A DNA stretch of 63,257 bases, the filler included, from Perkinsus chesapeaki ATCC PRA-425 (taxonomy: Eukaryota > Protista > Perkinsozoa), in NCBI GenBank assembly GCA_013115145.1. It is 4 parts of 4 records of this genome, joined end to end, with 100 filler letters (N's around TTAATTAATTAA, not from the genome) between each part and the next. Parts side by side here need not be neighbours in the genome. Positions count along the whole stretch, not along the records: positions 1 to 21,090 come from JAAPAO010000602.1; 3 more parts are not named here. One strand, 5' to 3'. Positions 1 to 12,977 of this stretch are shown here, piece after piece (within the stretch, counting starts at the first letter, position 1; each line of letters begins with the position of its first letter). The position numbers and the translations under genes are program-made. The notes beneath the pieces are model-generated. The model was not told the DNA's origin. It saw only the letters and a list, made by a program, of their open reading frames with translations, and ran no database searches.

Positions 1-33
1 CGTTTTTCTTCGTCTAAACCACCTTTTTTGGTA

Positions 34-72
34 TGACATACGTTGGGCCCGAAAGTGACATACGTTGGGCCC
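34..72. repeat. 17-bp direct repeat TGACATACGTTGGGCCC x2 in GC-rich upstream island
   Basis: Copies at 34-50 and 56-72, upstream of a polypyrimidine/AG (TTTTTAG, ending at 137). Confidence 0.85.
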
Positions 73-155
73 GGTGGGCAACATCGCCGCCACGTGCTCG
101 TCATCACAGTCGGAACCGTTGTCTATCAACTTTTTAGAAATAAATATTGTTAGAA

Positions 156-2060
156 TGATGATAATGAATAGCATCAGCAATGATATATTAAATAATATAA
201 TAATTGATGATAATATTAAAATAAATATATTGAAGTAATTATATTATCATATTATCATATTATCATATTATCATATTATTAAGGTATATGAAATATAAAT
301 ATAATAATATTATAAAACAAAGAAATAATGATATGAAGATTGTCAGTATCATCAGTATTGATGATAGAGAGAAGGATGATGATGTAATAATATTATTATT
401 ACATAATAATAAGCTTTATTATCGATTATTTATAGATATCATCTATCATCTTTAATATTACTACTAACAACAATTATGAAACAAACAATTTCGATGAAGA
501 CACTAGTAATCATAGTGAAATATATGATAATGATTATGATGATAAAGTTGTATTGTTAAATACGGAATCATCATTATTAAATAATAATGATGTAATAGAC
601 GACAAATATGAAGATAATAATAATTATGATACATTCTTAATGGTAATAATATAATCTCAATTATTATGAATATTATTATCAGTTAAAACAAAGTATGATC
701 GAATTAAAGGAAAATTGCGATGATTTCACATCAACGTTCACCGTAATAGTTAATATAATAAATAATAATATTATATAATAGGTAAAAGAATTAGAATATT
801 TAAAAACTGTATTTACAATAATATCAAGAGAAAAGATAAATAAAATAATGAGGAGTAATGGTGGTTATAATAACGGTGAATTAAGTATTAATGAAGTTAT
901 AAATGGTATTAATATAATTAATAATAATATACAACTTATACCTGTTAATGATATTACTAAATCAATTATTGTTGGTAATAATAATATAAATTATTATTGT
1001 AATTATTATTATTACATTAGATATAATAATTAAAAATGATGATGATAATAATGGATCATATAGGGTTATTGAGTTTGTTAGAATTTGTAAAGAGATTAAA
1101 GATACTTTATTTTATCATTCTACTGAGGTGGTAATAATTATATTTATAAGATATTTTATTTATTTATTCTAGTTGATGAATATATGCATTGATAAGTTTA
1201 GTAAATATTGTAATAATAATAGTATTATTGTTGGATATGATAATATTAATAAATTATTAAAAGACATAATAAGGTTAGTACTATGTGTAAAACTACTTAT
1301 TTATTTATACAATTATATAACATTATTATTTTTAGAATATTATATAATAATGATTATTATTATATGGAATACAATATATCAACTGTAGATGATATATGTT
1401 ATAATGCAACAACAACAACAAGAACAAGAACAAGACGACGAACATACAATGATAATAATATGATAGTGGATGATGATGATAATACAAATATATATAACTT
1501 TAAGGATTTTATAGAGATACTTAAAGTAGTCAAAAATGATATTGATGAGATGGCAATTAAGTAATAGTGATTATTGTCATTATTATTATTGTCAAAGATA
1601 TTACTATAGATATATAATATATAATATAGATAATAGTAATGACCGTGATAATAATTATCTTAAATTAAAGGAAGTAATAATAAATATAATACTATAATTA
1701 TTAATTATATGGGGTAGGTAAATGAAATTAAAAAGATATTTAATAATAAATGTGTGGATAATAATAACAATAATAATAATAAGTTAAATAGATCCGAGAC
1801 TAAGAAAATATTAGAACAATTTAATGTAATAATAATATTAATAATAGAGAGCTATGAGTGTAGATTAATATATCTGATAAACATATAGATTTAATATTAA
1901 ATAATATATCACTGGAGGAAGTAAACCATAATAATAATGATAATAATAATGATAATTATTATATCGATGAATTATCATTTATCAAACTTTTAAAAGTTAT
2001 AATCATATATGATAATGCTAATAGTAATAATATACGATATGAAGATATACATGATAACTA
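156..2060 (+). CDS. Multi-exon hypothetical protein, N/D-rich (boundaries approximate)
   Basis: Open exon-like segments (e.g. LKQSMIELKENCDDFTSTFT, VIEFVRICKEIKDTLFYHSTE, DFIEILKVVKNDIDEMAIK) separated by short GTAAT...AG introns. No recognisable domain. Confidence 0.4.
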
Positions 2061-2234
2061 AGGCGGGTAAGCTGGTGGTATCATAATTATATAATCAATG
2101 TTGTTGTTGTTAATATTGTTCAACAAAAAGTTGTTAGTAATATGAAATAATATAATTGCATGTCTAAACGATGTCAACACTTCATTATATCTATTATAAC
2201 CCATCTTCTTCATCAATTACACCTCCTATATTTG

Positions 2235-3122
2235 TTATTGTTTCTTCCCTTTTCCGTTTTTTAACTATTGATAATCTTTGCACTGACAGTCGTGGTGATG
2301 ACGATAATAATAATGAAGTATTTTCGTTTAATGATGATGATAGGTAGGAGGAGGAAGAGGAAGGGTGTGTGAGTATATTAATATTTTCCTAATAATATAA
2401 TTAATATGAAGTATGTTATCACTATTATATCTTACCTTATTTCTTAATATACTATTATTACTAGTAGTAGATGATGATAATAACTTTGATGATAGAAGGA
2501 AATGATGATCTTCATCAGTATCGTTCATTGTTGTTGTTGTTGATATGTTATTATTCTCTTCATCATCATCATCGTCATTATCATCTATCATTGAATGCCT
2601 TCTTCTTTTTGTTCTCTTCTTAACGGTGGCTGCTGCTGGAGCAGTAGTACTATAACTGCGTATCTATATTATCTATTATTATTATTATTAATTCATTTAT
2701 TATTATCATTAATTATTATTACTTTAATATATTGTTCTTGTTCTTCATCTTCTAATGTTGATAAACCACTTTCTAGTTGCACCTTTATATCTTTTATAGC
2801 ATTCTAATAATAAGAAGAAGAAGAAGTAATATATAATAATAAGAATAATTATTAATATTATTACTACCCTTTTCCGTTTAATTTGTTCTATCTTCCTTTC
2901 TTTTTCTATTTTCCTATTATTATTATAACACCACCACCGACACCATATTATTATTAACACTATATTAGTATTACTACCTAGATTCCTTTAACCTATTTAT
3001 AATATCCTCCATTCTCAATTCTCGTTCATCATCATCATCATCTTCATTTTCACTAACTACTAGATCACTATCTGATAATACTAGTATTACCAATTTTACT
3101 ACTACTGCTACTACTACTACTG

Positions 3123-3154
<32 letters not shown>

Positions 3155-3155
3155 G

Positions 3156-3190
<35 letters not shown>

Positions 3191-6100
3191 GCTACTACTA
3201 CTACTACTGCTACTACCCAAATCCATGGAATCATCATCACTATTATTATTGTATTCTTCTTCTTCTTCCTGTATCATTCTATCTAATTCATCTGTTACAT
3301 CCTTTTCAGCTTCTGCATGATAATAATAATTATTATTATTTTACTATATAATAAGTTTACATTTATTATTATTACTACCTTTAATAAGTTGCTCTAATCT
3401 TTGCCTTTTAAATCTATAATGTCTATTATATTTTCCCCCATTAACAACATCACCATTATTATCACCATCATCACCACCGCCTTCTTCATTAAACAATAAC
3501 ACATCACCACCACCACCTCTTCTTCTTCTTTGTTTTGCTTTATTATTAATGAATAATGTACCATCCTCTGCAGCTTTAATTAATTCCTCATCATTTTTAT
3601 ATACCCAATTAGCATGAAACTTAGCTAATCTGTATTAATACTATTATCATAATAATAATCAAAATAACAACTATTATCATTACTTTTCTTTATCATAATT
3701 ATCTCTCATTTCTAATTTAACTTCTTCATTTTCATCAGCCATTAACTCAGATATGTCAGATAATCCATCATCATCTTCTTCTTCGTCTTTATCATCACCT
3801 TTATCATCATCACTTTCACTAGCTTCTTCATCAATAAACTCTTTTCTTATACCAAACTTTTTACATCTTTTGATAATAACATGACCTAAATAATAATAAT
3901 AATAATAATAATAATAACTAATACAACGACTATAAGTCAAACCACCTCCTTCATTCGATCTTTTATTAATCTTTCTCCTTTTAATTTCCCTTTTTATAGC
4001 GTCGTCACCACTACTACTATCATCATCATCATTATTAGCATCATCTTCACATTCATCATTCTCAATATCGTCTATTATATCGCTTTCATCCACTCCAATG
4101 CTACTATGTTCGTCCTCGGTATTAACTTCATCAATTGTTGATGGTATATCATTTTTATTATTAACTTCATCAATTGTTGATGGTATATCATTATTATTAT
4201 TAGCTTCAATTGTTGATGGTATATCATTATTATTANNNNNNNNNNNNNNNNNNNNNNNNNNNNNNNNNNNNNNNNNNNNNNNNNNNNNNNNNNNNNNNNN
4301 NNNNNNNNNNNNNNNNNNNNNNNNNNNNATTATTATTATTAACTTCAATTGTTGATGGTATATCATTATTATTATTAACTTCAATTGTTGATGGTATATC
4401 ATTATTATTATTAACTTCAATTGTTGATGGTATATCATTATTATTATTAACTTCAATTGTTGATGGTATATCATTATTATTATTATTAACTATCTGGGTT
4501 GTAGTAGTATTGTTATTATTAATATGAAAATGATATTCACTGCTATTATAAACTTCATCATCATCATCTTCGTCATGATCACTCGCCATTATTCCATCAC
4601 TTCCTTTCTCTTCATCTTCTTCTTCATCTTCTTTATTATTATTATCATCTGCTACTACTAATGATGATGATAATACTATATTATCAGCATATATTTGACC
4701 ATTATTATTTAATACTTCTTTATCTATTTCATATTCCCATTCTAATACATCCTATAATATTAACAACAATAACTATATAATCTATCATCATCATCATTAA
4801 TAATACCTTATTATTTATCATATTTGATGTTTCTTTATTATTATTATCATCACCACCTTCCTCCTGCCCTTCCTCCTCCTCTTCTTCCTCTTGCTCCTCA
4901 TAATCTTTATTATATTCATACTACATCATCATCATCATGATGATTAATAAACAAATATTATTATTACAGCTGCTGCTCTCGTCTGACTTATCTTCTTATA
5001 TAATGTTGCCTGTAATACATTCCTATTATTATATTCTGTATTAATTACACCACCACCACCACTAACAGCAGCAGAAGCAGAAGCAGTAGATGATGATGAT
5101 GAAGGAGAAGGATGATGATGATGATGATGACGGGGGGCTCTCGATGATGATGATGAAGATGTTAAGTGATGATGATGATGATGTTGTTGGTGTGATATTA
5201 ATATACTATTATTTGATGTATGTGGAGCGAATACATCTATTATTAGAGTATTATTAATCCTATTATTATATATCTAATATAAATAATAATAATACCATAC
5301 CATATATATAATATACAATACATCATCATTAACATTAACCTCCTCCTCCTTCTCCTCCTTCTCCTCCTTCTCCTCCCTATCTTCCACTTCATGTACTATA
5401 TCTTGCTTATCTTTATTTTCATCATCATCATCATCATGATGATGTTGCTGCATTAATACCATCGTATCATATGTTAATAACGGCGGCGGTGGGGGTGGTG
5501 GTGACTCTTTAACTAGCCTATTAACTATTTCATTACGTTTATTATTATTTGATATAATACACTAATAACCACATATTATTAATAATAATATCATTATTAC
5601 ATGTTTTATATTCTTTTGTCTCATTAATAGCTTATCTTTTATAATCTTTAATTTACCATCAACCTTACCATCGTCCTTACCAGCTCCTCCTCCTCCTCCC
5701 TTCTTTACATACCCAACACATCTATTATCATCATCATTAACAACAACAACCCTCGATGATGATGATGATGATGATGTTGTACCTTTATTAAGATCATTAA
5801 AATATCACTTATCAACTGTTACTTATATTATTATCATCATCTTGTATATTATTAATTATTAATGATGTTCTTAATCTTGGTTTCACTGGAAAATACACTT
5901 TACCACCACCACCATAATATGGATATGTATTATTATATCTAATGAATAACAACAACTATGTTATTAAAATATTACTTACTCTTCTACAACACTATTTGAT
6001 GAGCAACAACTCTCATCATCATCATCATCATCATCATCGTCATCATCCCTTCTATTATCGCCTTCATCCCTTCTATTATCGCCTTCATCCCTTCTATTAT

Positions 6101-6255
6101 CGCCTTCATCCCTTCTATTATCGCCTTCATCATCGTCATCATCGCCGTCATCAAATAAGCCTTTTTTGCCTTAAATATGAAATACTATTATTACGCTTAT
6201 TATTATTACCTTTAATTAATCGTCTTATTGGTTTAATGTTGTCATTTATTAACAT
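2235..6255 (-). CDS. Large acidic low-complexity multi-exon protein with Mrc1/Claspin-like domain
   Basis: Exons at about 3870-3380 read EFIDEEASESDD...DGLSDISELMADENEE...RLAKFHANW...DEELIKAAEDGTLFINNKAKQRRRR, resembling the MRC1-like domain. The rest is poly-D/E/S/N. Start and stop inferred by eye. Confidence 0.45.
4120..4490 (-). repeat. 36-nt coding tandem repeat (NNNNDIPSTIEV)n spanning an N-gap
   Basis: Repeated AACTTCAATTGTTGATGGTATATCATTATTATTATT units on both sides of the gap. Confidence 0.9.
6044..6130 (-). repeat. 21-nt coding tandem repeat (EGDNRRD) x4
   Basis: ATCCCTTCTATTATCGCCTTC repeated four times. Confidence 0.9.
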
Positions 6256-6571
6256 AATTATTATACCGAATATTAATATAATAATAACTATAATCAAATT
6301 TTCAACACTCCTCAACTATTTTAATAAAGGTAATAATGAATTTATGAACACACCAATCATTAATAGTAATGATGTTGCGGAGCGAAATCGTTCCAATGTT
6401 CATTGAATCAGCAGTTCTGGGATTCAGCATTGATTCTAGAATCAGATTTTGGGTGTAAAAAGCAGTTCTGGAATCGATTCTGAATTTCAAAATCGTTTTA
6501 TTGAACGACCCTGTTGATACGGCAATGATGATGCTGCAGCAGTTGTTGTTTTTATTATGTATAATAGGGAT

Positions 6572-8153
6572 ATGCATGATAGAAATGGTAGGGGTGGTGG
6601 TTGTTATAATGTTATTGATATATTGAATAAACATAATATAGTAATAAATAATGATGATGATATAACATCATTAATAGATGTATTACAATGGTTTTATAAT
6701 ATATATAATAATAAATATGACATTAATAAGATAACGAATATTGCCTATAAATATAATTATAGGTAATAATAAAAATAATATTGAATGAGAATATTATAAT
6801 AGGAGGCTTGATTTATGGTACGATATTAATAATAAATATAATTTAACATCTTATGAAGGTTTAACATTATTAAAGATGATATATAATGATAGTAATAATG
6901 AATATTAATATTATTCAGGACCATACATATTGTTCAGGAAAGATTGATGCGATTAATATAGCATTTAACAACAACACCACCAAGAACAGCAGAAGCAGCA
7001 GCAGCTCTATTGCGACTACTTATCCTCAACAACATCATTATACAATATCATTAAATGATATTATTGGTAGTAATAATAGTAATATTATTAATCTATTATT
7101 TATATATTAGATGTATTAAATATACATAATAACAATGATAAAAGAAGTAAAGTATGGAGAAATATATTATTTAATAATAGACAAGATAACAGCAACATCA
7201 AGTAATAATAACATGTACTATATCGTCGTGATTATCGTTTAGTTCATCATTATATCGTAAAGAGTTGTATAATAGATTTATTAATGATGTTAATATTGAT
7301 ATATATGAAGATAATGAAGATAATAATTTAATAATAAGAGACCTTAATCGTAATGATGATCTATACTATTACTATAATAATTATATTATTTATCATCAGG
7401 TACTATGCAGGATATACCATTATTTAATAATAGACAAGATAATAAAACATCAAATGGTATAAAAGATAATATAAAAAGGATATTATTAGTTTATAGTAAA
7501 TTAAATGATATTAAATATGTACAAGGTATGAATCAATTATGTTGTTTATTATATTATATATTACTTGATGAATCTGATACATTCTGGGCATTACGATATA
7601 TATTAGATGATATTAAAGATATTTATATAAAAGAATGTGATAATACTGATGATGGAATGTAATAATAATAATAATGTTCTTCTTCTTCTTGTTCGTGTTG
7701 GATGATGATGATGATGATGTAGATATAATAAAGTTGATGAAATAAGACATTTATTAGTGAAATATGATCCACAATTATACAAGTAGTATTAATATCATTA
7801 TTTATTGTATTACTATTATTAGGCATTTTGATGATATTGGTGTTAATAAAGTATTAATAACAATAATAATAAGATGGTTAAGTACATTATTTACATTGGA
7901 TATAAATGGCATAAATAATATATTATTAATATGGGATATATTAATAGTAGCTACTAGATGTAATAAATTATCATCTTATTCGTTATCTTTATCAACTATA
8001 TTCATAATATTGAAAAGATATAAATTATTAAATAATAATGATAATAATAGAGCATTAGAAATATTATCATCGATGAATGATGATAATACTAATATTACTG
8101 ATTTAATATGGTTGAGTGTATGTATCATGATAATCGATTTTAATAATAGATAA
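6572..8153 (+). CDS. TBC-domain Rab GTPase-activating protein (multi-exon)
   Basis: SKVWRNIL, IIRDLNR (IxxDxxR), IKRILLVYSKLNDIKYVQGMNQLCCLLYY (YxQ finger), DTFW, IIRWLSTLF, LLIWDIL. A 41-nt intron at 7202-7242 joins the frames. Confidence 0.85.
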
Positions 8154-8268
8154 TATTATTATTTCATTATTATATGTATTATTACTATTGTGGTGTTCAA
8201 CATAAAACATAATATTATAATGTGTAAATAAGAAACGTATGTAAGGAACATTACACTTGTTGTTATTA

Positions 8269-10767
8269 TCACCATCTACCAGGAACAATAATAGGCTCAT
8301 CGTTGTATCTGGTGATCATGATGATGTTATCATATTATTATTATTATTAGTATAATAATTGTTATTATTATTACTTTCCAGCAACACCATCTTTACCCAT
8401 TTCTATTCTAGCAGCACCACCAGCAGCAGATTCCCCTATAATAGTATCAGAACCAGGCAATTCACGTGAATCGTAACTAATAATAGCATTGTTATAAATA
8501 TATTATTATACTTACGGTCTTAATGATTCCAACCATTCAGAATCTGTTCTATCTCTAATATTCTCAAAATCAATAAGTTCACCATCTAGTGTTTGTACCT
8601 AATAATACCTATTAATAATAATACAGGAGGATGAGAATGAGGAGGAGTTATATTAATAATAATACATATAATGCATTATCAGCTATTGGCATTGGTGACT
8701 TTAATGATAATATATCTGAATACCTAATAATAGTATCATCACAATTCTTAATATACCAGGATTTAGTTAGTATTATTACTCTAATGAATAATATCCCCAT
8801 TCTGTTATACCTAATGCAACTTCAAGCTCATATGGTGTTGCTATTGATGTCATATATTCATTAGTATCCCATATAAAGCTCTCAGGGCATGATAACATTA
8901 CATAACAATCAATTTCAGGAAAATTAGCTAATTTAGCAGGTTCACTTTGACCAACATTAAATATATATACTTCACCTATCATGCATAACATTATTATTAT
9001 TATACTTATCATTATATAATTAGAAAGAATAATAAAATCATTATTATTATACTTATCATTATATAATTAGAAAGAATAATAAAATCATNNNNNNNNNNNN
9101 NNNNNNNNNNNNNNNNNNNNNNNNNNNNNNNNNNNNNNNNNNNNNNNNNNNNNNNNNNNNNNNNNNNNNNNNNNNNNNNNNNNNNAAGAATAATAAAATC
9201 ATTATTATTATACTTATCATTATATAATTAGAAAGAATAATAAAATCATTATTATTATTACGTCCAGCATCTATTAGTTCATTTTTAATACGTTTTAATA
9301 ATTGATCTTGATTGGGTACATCAACTGATCCAAATAATATACCAATTTTACGACCCTTTTTAACCTAATAATCAATAATAATAACCACGATCATTAAATA
9401 TGATTATGAGTATGATGTTACTACTTCTTCTATTAGACGATATCTTTGCATTTCAAATGTCATGGATGATGATGAATTTAATGATGAATAATCCCAGGAT
9501 AATAATGTACAATTATTATTTATTTTACTAACATTATTATTATTAACAATAATAACATATTATTATTACGTATTAAGCAATAACCTAGGCCATAATGATG
9601 ATGTATTAATATCACCAATGAATATAACAATATCCTCTCCATCCACATTACTATTATCGTATTCATCATCATTAATATTAATACTAATAATATAATTATA
9701 TACCAACTTATACTTATACACTTAATATTATATTCCATATTATTACATTTCTCTTCCACAACAATATTTAACATCATTCCTTTCCTTTGCTTCTTCTTCT
9801 TCTTCGTCTACTCCTTTATTATTCATAATAATAGAATCAGCCATTAATTTAGCTAATGGTCCAGATGATTTGAAAACCTCTATACTAGGGCATAATGGCA
9901 GCGTATCATCATCATTATCATTCCTCTTCGTCTTCCTCTTGTTACATTTATTATTACTAGGTATATATTTATTACAGGATTTACATACAAATACATTAAT
10001 AATATTATTATTTAACTTATCAATATTTTGTAATTCCTGATTGTTATTAATAATAATATTAACCATAATATCCAAGTATAATAATTATTACCTTTCCGAA
10101 TGACATCTCAATATCACTATCTTGTGTATCCCATAATAATAATACCTACTTATACAATGATAATAACAACAACGTAAGTCGTAATAACAACAATACAGTC
10201 ATAACTACTTTATATTTATTATTATCACTCTTCCTTTCATTGTTATTATTAATCCATTTTATTATTTCATTATATAATGTATTAGCATTATTATTATATT
10301 CTATATTATTGATATTATAACAGTAATATGTTGGTATTCTTCGTGGCATAGTATGACAACTATGTCCAAAATGTATCTAACTATTCTTATTCTTATTATT
10401 CCTATTAATATTATTATTACTATACAATGAGCTGCATAATGTTCAGCATTAACTTCATCTACACAGCATGATCCTTGTTTAGTATCACCAATAATCTATT
10501 AAAGGCTGTTGTTGTTATTATTAATACATGTTAATTATTATTACAAATACTTCCCTATTTGGTAACCTATTAGATAGTTCTTTACATATACTTGTCCCCC
10601 TATAATAATAGTATCATTACCACCATCCACCCATATCATCATCATTACTACCTTATTAACATGTCATCTGGTAATTGTAATGCTATCCTTTCATAATCAT
10701 TATTAATTATCCAATCAACTATATTCTTCAAATATAGCCCTGAGTATCCTTCATTATTATCCTTCAT
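8269..10767 (-). CDS. DPH2: Diphthamide biosynthesis protein 2 (multi-exon)
   Basis: RIALQLPD, GDTKQGSCCVDEVNAEHY, HFGHSC, PAKLANFPEIDCYVMLSCPE...TPYELEVAL, C-terminal GKDGVAG..RYNDE. The KLANFPEID..V.L.CPE pattern fits DPH2 rather than DPH1. Confidence 0.9.
8992..9256. repeat. About 47-nt intronic tandem repeat in DPH2 around an N-gap
   Basis: ATTATTATTATACTTATCATTATATAATTAGAAAGAATAATAAAATC units. Confidence 0.85.
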
Positions 10768-10839
10768 TATTACTAAACAATAGTAACAACTATATTAAAA
10801 TAGTGATATTACTAATAACAACAAGATACTGTATTATTA

Positions 10840-12822
10840 TCAGAAACTCTTATCCCTCTTGTGACTATTTAATTTATTATTAATTTCATTATATAATTCA
10901 TTTTTATCAACTTTTAACCATGATTTAATTGATATAACATCATATTTAATAATATCATTAATAATACGATATTTTAACCTAGATGGACCTGTTAACCAAT
11001 ATTCATCTTTATTATGTATATTTTTAACATAATGATGTGGTCCGTCAACTTCTATTATAATATTATTTTCTATTATACCATCAACAATCATACCATAGTC
11101 TTCTAATAATACTTCACTTTTATAATTTATATTATATTTATTTAGATAATTATGTATAATATTTTCATGTGCTTTACTTGATCTCAATAATGATGTATTC
11201 TTTAATCTATTAATAGATGATTCTTTTGCTTCATTTATTATATTATATGGTATATGATTTATTATATCTGGTATTACAATACATACTTGATATAACATCA
11301 TATTTAATTCATCATTTAATAATATATCATACACACCACCACCACCATCATCAGTATTATTATACCATTTAATATTATATAACTTATTATAATTAATATT
11401 AACATTTAATACGGCACATATCCAACAATATAATATACCCTCTCTAGGTAAACTAAATTCCGGTATATCAATACTATTAAATATTTTTAATGCAATATCT
11501 TCAGGTGCTACTATTGATAATGAATACATTAATCTAACATATTGTGATTGTGTTAAATTAATATTATTAAATGATAATTTATTTATTAATAATGGATGAT
11601 AATATTGTATAGTTGATAATGCATGTATTGATGTTATTAATATTTTAATAGTATCATCAAATGTAGGATTATTCTTTAATATATATACAATTCTATCAGA
11701 AAATCTTATTAATGATTTATCTGATGATACACCTATTTTAGTAAATGATACCAAACAATTCGCTAATTGTTGTAATTCAAATTTATTCACTGCTATATTT
11801 TCAATATACTTCACACATTCTTGTAATACAGTATTATCAATATAATTACCATATCTACAGCATGCTGTTAATAATATAGATAAATTATTAACATCATCAT
11901 CTTTATTATTATATATTAAATGTTCTATAAGCTTTCTCATACATATTGCCTGTAGACCTGGTGTTGATGTATTTGGTCCTAATAGACCAGCTAATACATT
12001 ATATGATGATATCCATTTAATACATAGTTTGTTAATAATATTAGATAATATATTATTATCATAATACGATAACATATCTCGTATATTATCCCAATCTCTT
12101 TCCAATAATAAATTTAAATTAAAATTATTAAGTAATATATCTATTGTATTAATATCATATTTATATCCTCTAATACAATCCATAATAAATACTCTATCAT
12201 CATTTACATAATTCGGGTCATTAACAATATCTAATATTATTGGTTTTATACTATCCAGTAATTCTTTACTTAATAACATATTATAACAATTACCATAGGT
12301 AACAGCTTGTAATATAATCGATATTGTTTTTAAATAATCATCGTCCTTGTTATTATATTTTAAATTAGCTATTATATATGAGCATAAAGTAGGCCAATAT
12401 TTACTATATAACGATATTGATAAGGATAATAATCTAGAATTTAACCACAGTACACGTGCCATATGCCTTAATTGCATATCCAACATAATATGAGGTCTAA
12501 TTATAATATTATTAAATAATTTATTAATTAATATATCAATACTAACATTATTTTTGTTATTATATAATACCCATAATAAATCAGATACTTCTCTTGTAGT
12601 AGGATATCTATTAGTATTTAATAATTCATTTATATGCTGTAATATAATATTAAAAGCTTTATCATCATTATTATATTCTATTAATCTTCTTATACTTAAT
12701 GCACAATGAGCATAATTAAAATGATATGTTAATCTTATTATTTCACGTGATAATTGTTTAATATCATTAGGGGCCTTTATTAACCTAGTAACTTGTGTTA
12801 ATGGTAATAAGAGAGATGCCAT
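10840..12822 (-). CDS. RAP-domain protein with helical-repeat body, probably organelle-targeted; intronless
   Basis: 660-aa ORF. C-terminal IIIEVDGPHHY...LKYRII...YDVISIKSW is the RAP signature. Confidence 0.9.
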   Translation of the reverse strand: MASLLLPLTQVTRLIKAPNDIKQLSREIIRLTYHFNYAHCALSIRRLIEYNNDDKAFNIILQHINELLNTNRYPTTREVSDLLWVLYNNKNNVSIDILINKLFNNIIIRPHIMLDMQLRHMARVLWLNSRLLSLSISLYSKYWPTLCSYIIANLKYNNKDDDYLKTISIILQAVTYGNCYNMLLSKELLDSIKPIILDIVNDPNYVNDDRVFIMDCIRGYKYDINTIDILLNNFNLNLLLERDWDNIRDMLSYYDNNILSNIINKLCIKWISSYNVLAGLLGPNTSTPGLQAICMRKLIEHLIYNNKDDDVNNLSILLTACCRYGNYIDNTVLQECVKYIENIAVNKFELQQLANCLVSFTKIGVSSDKSLIRFSDRIVYILKNNPTFDDTIKILITSIHALSTIQYYHPLLINKLSFNNINLTQSQYVRLMYSLSIVAPEDIALKIFNSIDIPEFSLPREGILYCWICAVLNVNINYNKLYNIKWYNNTDDGGGGVYDILLNDELNMMLYQVCIVIPDIINHIPYNIINEAKESSINRLKNTSLLRSSKAHENIIHNYLNKYNINYKSEVLLEDYGMIVDGIIENNIIIEVDGPHHYVKNIHNKDEYWLTGPSRLKYRIINDIIKYDVISIKSWLKVDKNELYNEINNKLNSHKRDKSF

Positions 12823-12895
12823 AATAATAAGATTCTCGTAGTCGTAGGAGGAGGTGGAGGGATTGCCATTTTCCTAGAAGACCACCCATGATTGT

Positions 12896-12925
12896 TCTAA
12901 GTTCGATCCCCGGTCAAGGTATTTT
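12896..12925 (+). promoter_or_regulatory. tRNA 3'-half-like B-box element 1
   Basis: AAG-TTCGATC-CCCGG-TCAAGGT-A-TTTT, in the RAP/TDH divergent island. No 5' tRNA half. Confidence 0.55.
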
Positions 12926-12977
12926 AAGACTATTTTTTGTTGCGTCACTCGCTTTTATTTCTTACTGTTAATAGAGG

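Noticed and set aside
2974-3240. Poly-Val and similar hydrophobic short ORFs in the ORF track
   Set aside because: Alternative-frame or antisense shadows of trinucleotide low-complexity coding sequence.
7202-7242. TAA-TAA-TAA apparently in frame in the TBC gene, suggesting stop-codon reassignment
   Set aside because: A 41-nt GT...TTTAG intron removes them and restores the frame to IIRDLNR. Long intronless ORFs nearby use the standard code.
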